NCBI GenBank assembly: GCA_963734495.1
Contig: CAVTHK010000001.1
Coordinates: forward strand, 96,001 to 160,000
DNA: 64,000 nt
Direction: 5' to 3'
Origin: an uncultured Spirochaetota bacterium
GTDB taxonomy: Bacteria > Spirochaetota > Spirochaetia > SZUA-6 > CAVTHK01
Every line of letters begins with the position of its first letter. Position 1 is the first letter of the stretch. Position numbers and translations under genes: made by a program. Of the stretch, positions 1 to 9,647 are shown piece by piece. The notes below the pieces were generated by a model. That model did no database searches. It saw only the letters and a list, made by a program, of their open reading frames with translations, and was not told the DNA's origin.

Positions 1-58
1 GACCGCTTACGAGGATCCGTCGCCGGATTTTCGGGCTCTCTATCGGGACTGGGCGTAG
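1..58 (+). CDS. 3' end of an upstream gene (partial, ...TAYEDPSPDFRALYRDWA*)
   Basis: Open frame from the window edge to TAG at 56-58, followed by an intergenic region with a TTGACA box. Too short to identify. Confidence 0.3.
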   Translation, partial: TAYEDPSPDFRALYRDWA

Positions 59-94
59 GCATCATCGCCGGGTCGGAGACGGGCCGCGCTTTCC

Positions 95-124
95 TTGACA
101 CCGGCGCCCCACAGCGTTCATCCT
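95..124 (+). promoter_or_regulatory. Putative sigma70 promoter (TTGACA-N18-CATCCT)
   Basis: Perfect -35 hexamer at 95-100 and a weak -10 just upstream of the ATG at 133. Confidence 0.35.
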
Positions 125-132
125 CGCGGCCG

Positions 133-528
133 ATGGCAAACCGGAAGGACACGTTCGTCCTGTACGATCTCAAGGTCGAGACACGGAAGGGGCGCCGCCC
201 CTTTGTCTGCAGCCACCGCGCGGGCGATTCGTTCCTCGTCGTGGGCGAGAACATCGTGTTTCCGGCCGGCGGGAGCTTCTCGCTGTACGCGTTGAGCGCG
301 CTGCTGCCCCTTCTGCCTGCGAAGCAGCGGCTGACGCACGCCCACGACTGGATGACCACCGACACGGACATCGCCTGCCCGGACCCGAACTGCGGCGCGG
401 TCTTCCGCATCACGCGCGTGGGCAGGAGGACTTTCAGCCACGCGGCGACGACCGCGGTGCCGCTCCCGCGGCCGCTTCCGCGGAAGCGCGCGGCGAGCCG
501 TGCGAGCCGTGCGAGGCGCCGCCCATGA
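133..528 (+). CDS. TIGR04076-family protein
   Basis: Motifs FxLYDLKVE, C-x-H-x2-GDxF, FSLYALSALLPLLPAKQR, DWMTTD and IACPDPNCG. Overlaps the next gene by ATGA. Confidence 0.8.
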   Translation: MANRKDTFVLYDLKVETRKGRRPFVCSHRAGDSFLVVGENIVFPAGGSFSLYALSALLPLLPAKQRLTHAHDWMTTDTDIACPDPNCGAVFRITRVGRRTFSHAATTAVPLPRPLPRKRAASRASRARRRP

Positions 529-1607
529 GCGCGCCCGTCGAGCGCTTCGCTCTCGCCCCGGACTACTCCGTCTGCCGCATCCTCAACGGCGGGTGGCAGC
601 TCTCGACGGGACACTGGCTCAAGGGGACGGTCGACCGCGAGGCCGCGCTCGCCGCGATGAACGAGGCGGCGGACGCGGGCTTCACGACCTTCGACTGCGC
701 GGACATCTACACGGGAGTCGAGGAGCTCATCGGCGAGCTCATCCGCCGCCGGCGCGCCGCCGGCCGTCCCGCCGGCGAGATTCAGGTGCACACGAAGCTC
801 GTGCCCGACCGCTCCGATCTCGCGCGAGTCGACGCCCGCACCGTCGAGGCGATCGTCGATCGCTCGCTCGCGCGCCTGGGAGTCGAGCGGCTCGACCTGG
901 TGCAGTTTCACTGGTGGGACTACGACGTGCCCGGCTTTGTCGAGGCCGCGCTCGCCCTCGACCGCCTGCGCGCGGCGGGCAAGGTGCGCCTCGTCGCGCT
1001 CACCAACTTCGACACGGGCCACGCCGCCCGCATCCTGGACGCCGGGGTGAAGGTCGCGTCCATCCAGGTCCAGTACTCGCTTCTCGACCGCAGGCCGGAG
1101 CACGGGCTCCTCGATCTCTGCCGCCAACGCGGCGTCATGCTCTTCTGCTACGGCTCGCTCGCCGGCGGCTTCGTCTCGGAAAAGTGGCTCGGCCTGCCGG
1201 CGCCCTCGGACCTCGACAACCGCTCGCTCGTGAAGTACCGCCTGATCATCGAGGAACTGGGCGGCTGGGATGCGTTCCAGGAGCTGCTGCGCGAGCTCGC
1301 CGCCGTCGCCTCGCGCCACGGCGTCTCCCCGAGCGCGGTCGCAACCCGCTGGGTGCTCGACCGGCCGGGGGTCGCGGGCGTCATCGTCGGCATGCGGTCG
1401 AGCCGCCACATCGCGGCGAACCGTGCCGTCTTCGGGCTGGCGCTCGACGACGCCGACCGCCGGCGCCTCGACGCCTGGCTCGCCCGCCACCCCGGCCCGC
1501 CCGGCGACACCTTCGGTCTGGAGCGGGTCAAGGGCGGCCGCCACTCTTCGATCCTGAAGACCGACTTAGGCGGTCGCCCGGCAGCGCCTCAGACCCCGCC
1601 GAGATAG
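525..1607 (+). CDS. Aldo/keto reductase
   Basis: GGWQLS, FDCADIY (catalytic Asp/Tyr), HTK, LDLVQFHWWD, QVQYSLLD. Confidence 0.9.
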   Translation: MSAPVERFALAPDYSVCRILNGGWQLSTGHWLKGTVDREAALAAMNEAADAGFTTFDCADIYTGVEELIGELIRRRRAAGRPAGEIQVHTKLVPDRSDLARVDARTVEAIVDRSLARLGVERLDLVQFHWWDYDVPGFVEAALALDRLRAAGKVRLVALTNFDTGHAARILDAGVKVASIQVQYSLLDRRPEHGLLDLCRQRGVMLFCYGSLAGGFVSEKWLGLPAPSDLDNRSLVKYRLIIEELGGWDAFQELLRELAAVASRHGVSPSAVATRWVLDRPGVAGVIVGMRSSRHIAANRAVFGLALDDADRRRLDAWLARHPGPPGDTFGLERVKGGRHSSILKTDLGGRPAAPQTPPR

Positions 1608-2302
1608 GCAGCCTGCACGGCGGGGTTCTCCAGGAGCTCGCTGCCCGTGCCTGAAAGGATGATGGAGCCGACCTCGAGAACGTAGCCGCGGTGAGCAGCC
1701 GCGAGCGCCTTGCGCGCGTTCTGCTCCACGAGAAGGACCGTGACCCCCCGGCTGTTCAGGCGCTTTACCACGTCGAACACCGAAGCCACCAGGTTGGGCG
1801 CCAGGCCGAGCGAGGGCTCGTCCAGCATCAGGAGCCGCGGCCTCGCCATCAGGGCGCGGCCGAGCGCGAGCATCTGCTGCTCCCCGCCGGAGAGCGTGCG
1901 GGCCTGCTGCCGCCGCCGCTCCTCCAGGCGCGGGAACAGCGCGTACACCTCGCCCTTGTCACGCCTGATCTCGCTCCCGCCCGCGCCCCTCGGCGCTCCG
2001 ACGAGCAGGTTCTCCTCGACCGTGAGCCTGCCAAAGACCTGCCGGCCTTCGGGGCAGTGGACGAGGCGGCGCTCGACGATCGCGCGAGGCTCACACCGCG
2101 TGATGTCCTCGCCGCCGAACTCGATGCGTCCGGAGCGCCGCGGCAGCAGGCCCGAAAGCGCGCGCAGCGTCGTCGACTTGCCGGCGCCGTTGGCGCCGAT
2201 GACAGCCACGACTTCGCCCTCGTCCACGCTGAAGCTCACTCCCTTCAGCGCCAGGTGCTCTCCATAGCTGACGGCGAGGTCCTCAACCTGCAGGAGCGGC
2301 AT
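1589..2302 (-). CDS. livF: Branched-chain amino acid ABC transporter ATPase (LivF-like)
   Basis: Walker A GANGAGKST, PEGRQVF, LSGGEQQ, LMLDEPSLGLAP, C-terminal AYLG. Confidence 0.9.
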   Translation of the reverse strand: MPLLQVEDLAVSYGEHLALKGVSFSVDEGEVVAVIGANGAGKSTTLRALSGLLPRRSGRIEFGGEDITRCEPRAIVERRLVHCPEGRQVFGRLTVEENLLVGAPRGAGGSEIRRDKGEVYALFPRLEERRRQQARTLSGGEQQMLALGRALMARPRLLMLDEPSLGLAPNLVASVFDVVKRLNSRGVTVLLVEQNARKALAAAHRGYVLEVGSIILSGTGSELLENPAVQAAYLGGV

Positions 2303-3068
2303 CGGCCTCCTCCCCCAGATACGAGGCGATCACCCGGCGGTCCGCCCGCACATCGGCGGGGTCGCCCTCCGCGATCTTGCGGCCGTGGTCCAGCACGGCG
2401 ATCCTGTCCGAGATCCCCATGACCATGCGCATGTCGTGCTCGATGAGCAGCACCGTCTTCCCGCGGTCGCGGATCCTGCGCACGAGCGCCATCAGCGCCT
2501 CGGTCTCGGACGCGTTGAGCCCCGCGGCCGGCTCGTCGAGCATCACGAGAGCGGGCTCGGTGGCGAGGGCGCGCGCGATCTCGACCGCCTTCTGCTCGCC
2601 GTAGGCGAGCTGCCGCGCCACCGCCGACTCCCGGCCCGCGAGCCCGACGAACGCCGCGAGCTCGCGCGCCCGCGCCTCCGCCTCGCGCTCCTCGCGCCGC
2701 GCCAGCCCCGAGTTGAGGACGCTGGCAAAGAGCCCCGTGGTCGTGCGCAGGATGCAGCCGGACATGATGTTCTGCAGAACCGTGAACGCCGGGAACACCC
2801 GCACGTTCTGCCACGTCCTCGCCACGCCGAGCCTCACGATTTCGTGCTGCGGGAGTCCGTCGACGCGGATGCCGCGAAAGCGCGCCTCGCCCGCGGCCAG
2901 CGGCACGAATGCCGCGATCGCGTTGAACAGCGTGGTCTTGCCCGCCCCGTTCGGGCCGATTACCGAAAAGATCTCGCCCTCGCGGACCTCCAGAGACACG
3001 TCGTCGACGGCCTTGAGGCCTCCGAAGCGGACTTCGACATGGGCAAGCTCGAGGATCGCCCATCTCAC
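2283..3068 (-). CDS. livG: Branched-chain amino acid ABC transporter ATPase (LivG-like)
   Basis: FGGLKAV, GPNGAGKTT, LAYGEQK, LDEPAAGLN, IEHDM. Confidence 0.9.
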   Translation of the reverse strand: MRWAILELAHVEVRFGGLKAVDDVSLEVREGEIFSVIGPNGAGKTTLFNAIAAFVPLAAGEARFRGIRVDGLPQHEIVRLGVARTWQNVRVFPAFTVLQNIMSGCILRTTTGLFASVLNSGLARREEREAEARARELAAFVGLAGRESAVARQLAYGEQKAVEIARALATEPALVMLDEPAAGLNASETEALMALVRRIRDRGKTVLLIEHDMRMVMGISDRIAVLDHGRKIAEGDPADVRADRRVIASYLGEEADAAPAG

Positions 3069-4042
3069 CCACGCCCCGCTGCCCTGAGGTTTCCTTCGTA
3101 CTCGCGCCTGACCGCCTCACTCGGCACGAGGCCCTGAGGCCGGAAGATCATGAACAGGACGAAGGCGAGCCCGTAGAAGAACATCCGGAAATCGGAGAAG
3201 CGGCGCAGCAGCTCGGGGAGAAAGGTCAGCAGCGCCGTGCCCGTAAGCGTTCCCGCCACGCTGCCGAGCCCTCCGAGCACGACCATGCACATGACGGTCA
3301 CGGTCTCCGAGAAGACGAAGCTCTCGGGGCTCACGAACCCCTGGTACGAGGCGAACAGCGCTCCGGCGACCGCCGCATAGGCACCGCCGATTGCGGAGGC
3401 GATGATCTTCATCAGGCGCGTGTCGATCCCGATCGAGGCGGCCGCGTCCTCGTCCTCGCGCACGCACGCAAACGAGCGGCCGAGCTTGGACTGCAGGAGC
3501 CGCCCGCTGAAGTAGACCCCGAACGCCAGCGCCGCCAGAGCGAGGTAGTAGAAGGACCGCGAATCCGAGAGCGCGAGCCCGAAGAGCGCGGGCGGGTCTA
3601 TGCCGGAGATCCCTTTGGGACCGCCGGTCAGAGCGTCCGCGTTATTGACCACGACGCGCAGCATCTCGGCGAATCCGAGGGTTGTCACTGCGAGGTAGTC
3701 GCCCTTGAGCCGCGAAGTGAGAAAGGCGATCCCGGCGGCGACCACCGCCCCGAGCCCGATGCAGGCGGCGACCAGTGGGACAAAGGGAACATGGATGCCG
3801 AAGCGATCGGAGGCGAGGAGAGCGTACGCATAGGCGCCTACGCAGTAGTAGGCGACGTACCCGATGTTGAGGATGCCCGCGTAGCCCACGATGATGTTGA
3901 GCCCGAGGGCGAACACCCCCGCGATCAGAGCGCTGATCAGCACGCGCAGGACGTATCCGCTGGAGGCCAGGGGGAGCGCGAGCATCACGACCGCGGCCGC
4001 GGCGACCAGGATGAAGCGCAGACGCGGGGCGGCGACCTTCAT
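3065..4042 (-). CDS. livM: Branched-chain amino acid ABC permease (LivM-like)
   Basis: LGLNIIVGYAG, RLKGDYLAVTTLGFAE, TGGPKG, VREDEDAA, VVLGGLGS, FRPQGL. Confidence 0.9.
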   Translation of the reverse strand: MKVAAPRLRFILVAAAAVVMLALPLASSGYVLRVLISALIAGVFALGLNIIVGYAGILNIGYVAYYCVGAYAYALLASDRFGIHVPFVPLVAACIGLGAVVAAGIAFLTSRLKGDYLAVTTLGFAEMLRVVVNNADALTGGPKGISGIDPPALFGLALSDSRSFYYLALAALAFGVYFSGRLLQSKLGRSFACVREDEDAAASIGIDTRLMKIIASAIGGAYAAVAGALFASYQGFVSPESFVFSETVTVMCMVVLGGLGSVAGTLTGTALLTFLPELLRRFSDFRMFFYGLAFVLFMIFRPQGLVPSEAVRREYEGNLRAAGRG

Positions 4043-4962
4043 CCTCGTTCTCCAAAGAGCCCCTGAGGCCTGACCAGCAGCATGACGATCAGGAGCAGGA
4101 ACGAGAAGGCGTCCTTGTACTCCGGCCCCACGGCTCCGCCGGTGAGCACGGGGAGCAGGCCCGCGCCCACGTTCTCAGCGATGCCGAGCAGCAGGCCGCC
4201 GGCCATCGCGCCCGTGATGCTTCCGATGCCGCCGAGCACCGTGGCGACAAAGGCCTTGATGCCGACGAGGTAGCCCATCGAGTAGCCGGCCGTGCCGTAG
4301 TAGAGCCCGTAGAGCACGCCGGCGGCGCCGCCGAGCGCAGGCCCGATGAAGAAGATGCGGGTCATCACCGCGCGGGCGCTGATGCCCATGAGCTCGGCGG
4401 CCATGCGGTTCTCCGCCACGGCGCGGATGCGAAGCCCGAAGCGCGTGCGGTTGAAGAGAACATAGAGAGCCGCCATCAGCACCGCGGCGGCCCCGACGAT
4501 GACGAGCTGGACGGAGGTGACCGTGAAGCGACCCAGGTGGTACAGGCTCACGCGGATCAGCTCCGGAAAGAACACGTTGCGCTTGCCGGCGACGAGCATG
4601 ACCGCGTTCTGGATCACGATCGAGGCGCCGAGGACGCTGATGAGCTGCGCGAGCCTGGTCGAGCGGGCGACCGGGCGGTACGCCAGACGCTCGACCAGCA
4701 CGCCGGCCGCGCCCGTGCCGGCCATAGCGAGCGCTGTGACGGCCAGCACCGCCGCGCCCGCCCCCGCTCCGGCGAGCCCGGGCACGAGCCTCACGGCGAG
4801 GAGCGCCGCGCCCGTGCCGAGGTAGGCACCGAGCATGAACAGGTCGCCGTGGGCGAAATTGAACAGCCGGAGTACGCCGTAGACCACGGCGTACCCCAGC
4901 GCGACGATCGCGTAGATGCTTCCGAGGATCAGGCCGTTCGCGAGCTGCTGGAAGAGATCCAT
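4039..4962 (-). CDS. livH: Branched-chain amino acid ABC permease (LivH-like)
   Basis: NGLILGSIYAIVALGY, FNFAHG, ERLAYRP, KAFVATVLGGIGS, RPQGLFG. Confidence 0.9.
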   Translation of the reverse strand: MDLFQQLANGLILGSIYAIVALGYAVVYGVLRLFNFAHGDLFMLGAYLGTGAALLAVRLVPGLAGAGAGAAVLAVTALAMAGTGAAGVLVERLAYRPVARSTRLAQLISVLGASIVIQNAVMLVAGKRNVFFPELIRVSLYHLGRFTVTSVQLVIVGAAAVLMAALYVLFNRTRFGLRIRAVAENRMAAELMGISARAVMTRIFFIGPALGGAAGVLYGLYYGTAGYSMGYLVGIKAFVATVLGGIGSITGAMAGGLLLGIAENVGAGLLPVLTGGAVGPEYKDAFSFLLLIVMLLVRPQGLFGERG

Positions 4963-4983
4963 CAAACGGCCCGATCCGCGCCT

Positions 4984-6102
4984 CTAGAAGAAGCCCTTGA
5001 ACGTGAACTGGCCGGCCTTGACCTCGTACACCGGGAACCGGTCGAGCGCGAGCTGTCCGCTCTTGTCGAACTGGTAGCTGTGCAGAGTTCCCTTGAACGT
5101 GCCGGCGTGCAGGGCCTGGATCACTTTCTCGCCGTCCGCGCTCTTGGCCTTCTCGATGGCCTGGAGGAGCAGCAGGGCCGCGTCGTAGCCGTACTCGCCG
5201 AGGATCGTGTCCTGGTTGTAGGTCTTCTTGTACGAATCGACGAAGGCCTTGAGCTCCGGCGTGCTGTCGAGCGGCGGGGCCGGGAAGGAGACGATGGCGC
5301 CCTCCGCGTTCTTCTCGCCCGCGGTCTTGATGAACTCGCCGCCGTAGCAGGAGTCCGGCGCCAGGAACAGCGCCTTGCTGCCGAGCTCGCGGAGCTGCTT
5401 GAGGATCAGGCCGCCTTCGGTGTAGACGCCGCCAAAGTACACGGCGTCCGGATTCTCGCCCTTGACCTTGGTGAGCACCGCCTTGAAGTCGAGCTCGCCG
5501 GGGGTGATGCCGTTGACGCTGCTCACGGCGGCCCCCGCGGCCTTCGCGGCCTTTTCGAACTCGCCCGCCACGCCCTGGCCGAAGGCCTGCTTGTCGTGGA
5601 TGATGGCGACTTTCTTGAGCTTGAGGTTGGCCACCGCGGCCTTGGCCATCGAGCCGCCCTGCACGATGTCGCTCTGGTTCAGCGAGAACACGTTGTCGAA
5701 GCCCTTGCCCGTCACGTCGGGGTTCGAGGCCGGCGTCACCTGCGGGATGCGCGCCTTGTTGTAGATCGGCGTCGTCGGGATCGTGGTGCCCGAGGTGAAG
5801 TGCCCCACGACACCGCTGACCTTCTTGTCGACGAACTGCTGCGCCACCAGGGTCGCCTGCTTCGGGTCGGCCATGTCATCGATGGCCACGAGCTCGATCT
5901 TCTTGCCGAGCACTCCGCCCTTCGCGTTGTACTCGCTCACGGCAAGCTTCGCGCCGTTGACGAAGTCCTGGCCGACGGCCGCGGAGTTCCCCGTCGTCGG
6001 AGCGGCGACGCCGATCTGGATCATGGCGCTCTTTCCGCCGCCGCAGGCGGCGAGGACGAGCCCGACCGCCGCGAGGGCGATCACGAGACGTCTGGTCATC
6101 AA
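4984..6102 (-). CDS. Branched-chain amino acid ABC substrate-binding lipoprotein (LivK/LivJ-like)
   Basis: Lipobox LAAC, IGVAAPTTG, DDMADP, VVGHFTSG, GYDA. First gene of the liv operon. Confidence 0.88.
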   Translation of the reverse strand: MMTRRLVIALAAVGLVLAACGGGKSAMIQIGVAAPTTGNSAAVGQDFVNGAKLAVSEYNAKGGVLGKKIELVAIDDMADPKQATLVAQQFVDKKVSGVVGHFTSGTTIPTTPIYNKARIPQVTPASNPDVTGKGFDNVFSLNQSDIVQGGSMAKAAVANLKLKKVAIIHDKQAFGQGVAGEFEKAAKAAGAAVSSVNGITPGELDFKAVLTKVKGENPDAVYFGGVYTEGGLILKQLRELGSKALFLAPDSCYGGEFIKTAGEKNAEGAIVSFPAPPLDSTPELKAFVDSYKKTYNQDTILGEYGYDAALLLLQAIEKAKSADGEKVIQALHAGTFKGTLHSYQFDKSGQLALDRFPVYEVKAGQFTFKGFF

Positions 6103-6132
6103 TAGCTCCTTTCGCGATGTGCGAACTCGCGC

Positions 6133-6154
6133 ATGTTACTATATGTAGAAACAT
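6133..6154. promoter_or_regulatory. Imperfect palindrome ATGTTACTATATGTAGAAACAT in the liv promoter (candidate operator)
   Basis: AT-rich 22-mer with 9 of 11 pairs complementary. Lies just downstream of a minus-strand TTGACC (6162-6157). Confidence 0.5.
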
Positions 6155-6201
6155 AGGGTCAAGGGAGCGCGTGGACGCCTGTCAAGGCCGCCCCTCAGGG
6201 C

Positions 6202-8193
6202 TCAACCCGCCACCACGGCGCAGTGGCAGGAGAACTCCGGGACGACAAAGCGCACTTCGCCCGTCGTCGCGTCGGCCTCGAAGTCCAGGGGTCCGCCGTC
6301 GGGCTCGAGGGTAAGGCGCCTGACCGCGACCGGCAGCCGGAGGGCGGCGCGCACACCGCGCAGGGGCGGCAGGTCCTCGATCACGGCGCAGCGGCCGCGC
6401 TGCAGCGGGGCCGCGTACAGCAGATGCAGCACGTACTGCCCGCGGTCGGGAAAGTGCAGCAGGCTCACCCGGCCGGCGCTGGGCATCTCGACCCGCACCA
6501 TCGGCCGCGCATGGAGGGAGCGCAGCAGACCCGCGAACAGCGCGCGGTGAACCCAGGCCCCGTGGGCGTAGTAGAGCCGGTCGAGGGCGTGGGCGCAGGC
6601 TATGACCGGGCCGCGGCGCGCGACCGCCGGGTGCGCGGCATCCTCCTGGCGGTACGGGGTGTTCTGGTGTCCGCAATAGGCCCCGTAGGTCCGGCTGAAG
6701 TACGGCTCCCGGATGGCGGCAAGCGTGTCCGTCCCCTTGCGCGCCCGCAGGCGCAGAGCGGCCTCATAGTTCAAAAAGGGCGAGGCCGGAAGCCCCGGGG
6801 CCACGTCCGCGGCAGCTACGGTGTAGTCGACGTCAAAGCGGCCCGCCCCCAGGTAGTCCACCCCTGCCTCGGGCAGCGGGTTGGCCTGCGAGGCGTCGAG
6901 GAGGCCCGAGCCGAGCAGCAGCAGTCGGCCGCCCGCGGCGACGTAGCTCGCGACCTTCGGGCGCGCCCCGTCCAGGGCGCCGGCCACCGAGGGGACCACG
7001 AGCGCCTCGAAGCGGGAGAGATCGTCGTCCGGACCCGCGACGTCGAAGTCGAGGTGCTCCTCGAGAAGCATGCGCGCGGTCCCCTCGTCCGCCGGCAGGT
7101 CGTTGGCCAGCCACAGGCCGAGCGAGGCCGCGGGACGCCCGCCTATGCCGAGGCGCTCGATCCTCTCGACGTAGGCAAACGCGTGGCCGATGTTCTCGTA
7201 AGTCGTCATGTCCATCGCGCCGCGGGGGTGCATCTGGTCGCCGAAGTTGCAGCGCGAGCCGAAAGCGATCATGCTGGCGGCCTCGTAGCGCAGGGCCTCC
7301 GGGTGCTTGAAGCCCCCGAACTCGCCCCACGAGGTGTGGAACTTGCCGCTCATGGCCACGATCGGCCGGCCTTCTTTGAGAAAGCGCTTGGCCCTCAGCG
7401 GAAACTTGTCGTAGCCGCCCCAGGTGGTGGGGAGGTCCTCGAGGTCGTTCTTCGTGTTCCAGCGGTAGAGCCGGTACTTGAAGTTCTGCGGCCGGCCGAA
7501 GGCCGTCAGGCCGTTGAAGTAGATGCTCGCCTCCGGGGCGATGCCCCTTATCAGCGCGCTGAGATCCTCGCAGTGGCGCTCGATCGTGAGGGCCCGGAAC
7601 CGATCCACGTCATCGGGGCGCGCCGGGTCGAGCCCGGCCTGCGCCATCCCGCGGCGGCAGCGGGCGCAGTAGCAGGCTACCTGGGGGTGGTAGATGTCGT
7701 ACCAGAAGCCGTCAACGGGAAAGAGGCGGCAGATCTCTTCGGTCTGGGCTCGGATCAGGGCGTGGTAGTCGCCGCTCGGGCACAGCTCCTTCCACTGCAC
7801 GGGCGGCTTGGGCGTGTCGGGACCCGCCTGGTCGTCCCAGTTCGCTGCCGCGAACTTTCCCTCGGAGGTGCGTACGCACCAGTCCGGATGGGTCTCGGCA
7901 TCGGCCGCCGACCACCCGACGGTGTAGTAGACCGGCGCGCGTACGCCGATCTCGTGGCACGCCGCGATCTGCTCACCGAGCAGGTCGATCTTCAGGTGCG
8001 GGTGAGGCTTCCCGACCCGCGTCGGGTAGTAGCTCCACCCGTGGTGGCACTTGGCGAACACGTTGATCAGCTCGACGTGCCCCGCTTTGAGGGCGCGCTG
8101 AAACTGGCCGCGCGAGAAGTCCGCCCCGATGCCCGGGATCAGCTCCGAAGTGTGGAAGTCCAGGTGGACCTGCCTGGAAGGCTCGTCGTGCAT
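6202..8193 (-). CDS. Glycoside hydrolase, GH151-like (putative alpha-L-fucosidase; GHL6 plus trimerisation domain)
   Basis: RQVHLDFHTS, FAKCHHGWSYYPT, DGFWYD, EDLPT-WGGY, GKFHTSWGEFGGFK, GDQMHPRG. Confidence 0.75.
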   Translation of the reverse strand: MHDEPSRQVHLDFHTSELIPGIGADFSRGQFQRALKAGHVELINVFAKCHHGWSYYPTRVGKPHPHLKIDLLGEQIAACHEIGVRAPVYYTVGWSAADAETHPDWCVRTSEGKFAAANWDDQAGPDTPKPPVQWKELCPSGDYHALIRAQTEEICRLFPVDGFWYDIYHPQVACYCARCRRGMAQAGLDPARPDDVDRFRALTIERHCEDLSALIRGIAPEASIYFNGLTAFGRPQNFKYRLYRWNTKNDLEDLPTTWGGYDKFPLRAKRFLKEGRPIVAMSGKFHTSWGEFGGFKHPEALRYEAASMIAFGSRCNFGDQMHPRGAMDMTTYENIGHAFAYVERIERLGIGGRPAASLGLWLANDLPADEGTARMLLEEHLDFDVAGPDDDLSRFEALVVPSVAGALDGARPKVASYVAAGGRLLLLGSGLLDASQANPLPEAGVDYLGAGRFDVDYTVAAADVAPGLPASPFLNYEAALRLRARKGTDTLAAIREPYFSRTYGAYCGHQNTPYRQEDAAHPAVARRGPVIACAHALDRLYYAHGAWVHRALFAGLLRSLHARPMVRVEMPSAGRVSLLHFPDRGQYVLHLLYAAPLQRGRCAVIEDLPPLRGVRAALRLPVAVRRLTLEPDGGPLDFEADATTGEVRFVVPEFSCHCAVVAG

Positions 8194-8282
8194 GTCGTCT
8201 CCGGGCCCCGCTCTTCGGCCGACCCCACGGCGGGCCCGGCTCCATTTGACGCGATTCCGAAGCCTCGGTCAACGCGCGGCGC

Positions 8283-9506
8283 TCACCGCTTGAGCACGCC
8301 GAGAGCGCCGCCGACCCTGCGGAACGCCTCGACCGCGCGCTCCAGGTCCGCGCGCTCGTGGGCGGCCGAAAGCTGCACGCGGATGCGCGCCCTGCCGCGC
8401 GGCACGACCGGGTAGGAGAAGCCGACGACGTAGACGCCCTCGTCGAGCAGCGCCTCGGCCATGCGCAGCGCGAGCGGCTCCTGGTACAGCATCACCGGCA
8501 CGATGGCGGTCGCCCCGGGCGCGACGTCGAAGCCGGCCGACGTGATCGCGGCGCGGAACCAGGCGGCGTTCTCCATGACTTTGGCGCGCAGATCGTCGGA
8601 GCGCTCGATGAGATCGATGGCCTTCATCGTGGCGCCGGCCACCGCGGGGGCCAGCGTATTGGAGAAGAGGTAGGGTCGCGACCGCTGCCGGAGCCAGGCA
8701 ATGATCTCGGCGCGGCCCGCGGTGCAGCCGCCGCTCGCGCCGCCCAGGGCCTTGCCGAAGGTGGTGTTGACGATGTCGACGCGCCCTTCGACCCCGCACA
8801 GGGCGGGGGTGCCCCTGCCCCCTTCGCCCAGGTAGCCGGTCGCGTGCGAGTCGTCCACCATGACGAGGGCGTCGTGCTTTTCCGCCAGATCGCAGATCGC
8901 GGCCAGGGGCGCGACGTCGCCGTCCATCGAGAAGACGCCGTCGGTGCAGACCAGCCGGTAGCGGCTGCCCGCCGCCTCGCGCAGGCAGCGCTCGAGGTCC
9001 GCGGCGTCGGCGTGCTTGTAGCGCAGCCGCTGCGCCTTGCAGAGCCGCACGCCGTCGATGATCGACGCGTGGTTGAGCTCGTCGGAGATCACCGCGTCCT
9101 GCTCGCCGAGCAGCGGCTCGAAGAGCCCGCCGTTGGCGTCGAAGCAGGAGGAGTACAGGAGCGCGTCGTCGCAGCGCAAAAAGGAGGCGATGCGCCGCTC
9201 GAGCTCCTTGTGCAGCTTCTGCGTCCCGCAGATAAAGCGCACCGAAGCCAGACCGAAGCCCCAGTCGCCCATCGCCTCCTGCGCGGCGCGCACCACCTGC
9301 GGATGGTTTCCCAGCCCGAGGTAGTTGTTGGCGCAGAAGTTCAGGACCGTGCGGGCGCGCACCTGCCCCGCGGCTTCCGCCTCCGCCGACAGCACCTGGA
9401 TGCTGCGGCCCTGAGGCGACAGCAGCACGCGCTCGCTCTTGGTGAGCCCCTCGCCCCTGAGCTGCTCGAGTGCAGCGGCGAGGGCGTCCTTCATCTTGCC
9501 GATCAT
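8283..9506 (-). CDS. kbl: Glycine C-acetyltransferase (2-amino-3-ketobutyrate CoA ligase)
   Basis: [53 protein letters not shown] (PLP Lys), RSRPYLFSN. Confidence 0.95.
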   Translation of the reverse strand: MIGKMKDALAAALEQLRGEGLTKSERVLLSPQGRSIQVLSAEAEAAGQVRARTVLNFCANNYLGLGNHPQVVRAAQEAMGDWGFGLASVRFICGTQKLHKELERRIASFLRCDDALLYSSCFDANGGLFEPLLGEQDAVISDELNHASIIDGVRLCKAQRLRYKHADAADLERCLREAAGSRYRLVCTDGVFSMDGDVAPLAAICDLAEKHDALVMVDDSHATGYLGEGGRGTPALCGVEGRVDIVNTTFGKALGGASGGCTAGRAEIIAWLRQRSRPYLFSNTLAPAVAGATMKAIDLIERSDDLRAKVMENAAWFRAAITSAGFDVAPGATAIVPVMLYQEPLALRMAEALLDEGVYVVGFSYPVVPRGRARIRVQLSAAHERADLERAVEAFRRVGGALGVLKR

Positions 9507-9572
9507 CGGTCCTCCGCCGCGCCCGGCGAGCGGGCGGCTCGGACCGGGCACCGCCCGTTCAGCGCTGCGTGC

Positions 9573-9601
9573 AGTATACGCGCGCGACCGGCAGGAGGCA
9601 A
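9573..9601 (-). promoter_or_regulatory. Putative sigma70 promoter of kbl (TTGCCT-N17-TATACT)
   Basis: Near-consensus hexamers at 17-nt spacing on the minus strand upstream of kbl. Confidence 0.55.
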
Positions 9602-9647
9602 TTCGGGCGGCGCCGGGAAGCGTCGAACCTCGCGGTCTGCGTCCGTC

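Noticed and set aside
9552..9600. XRE operator upstream of kbl (CAGTATA shared with 31130-31136)
   Set aside because: The match is only the -10 box. The palindromic arms are missing.
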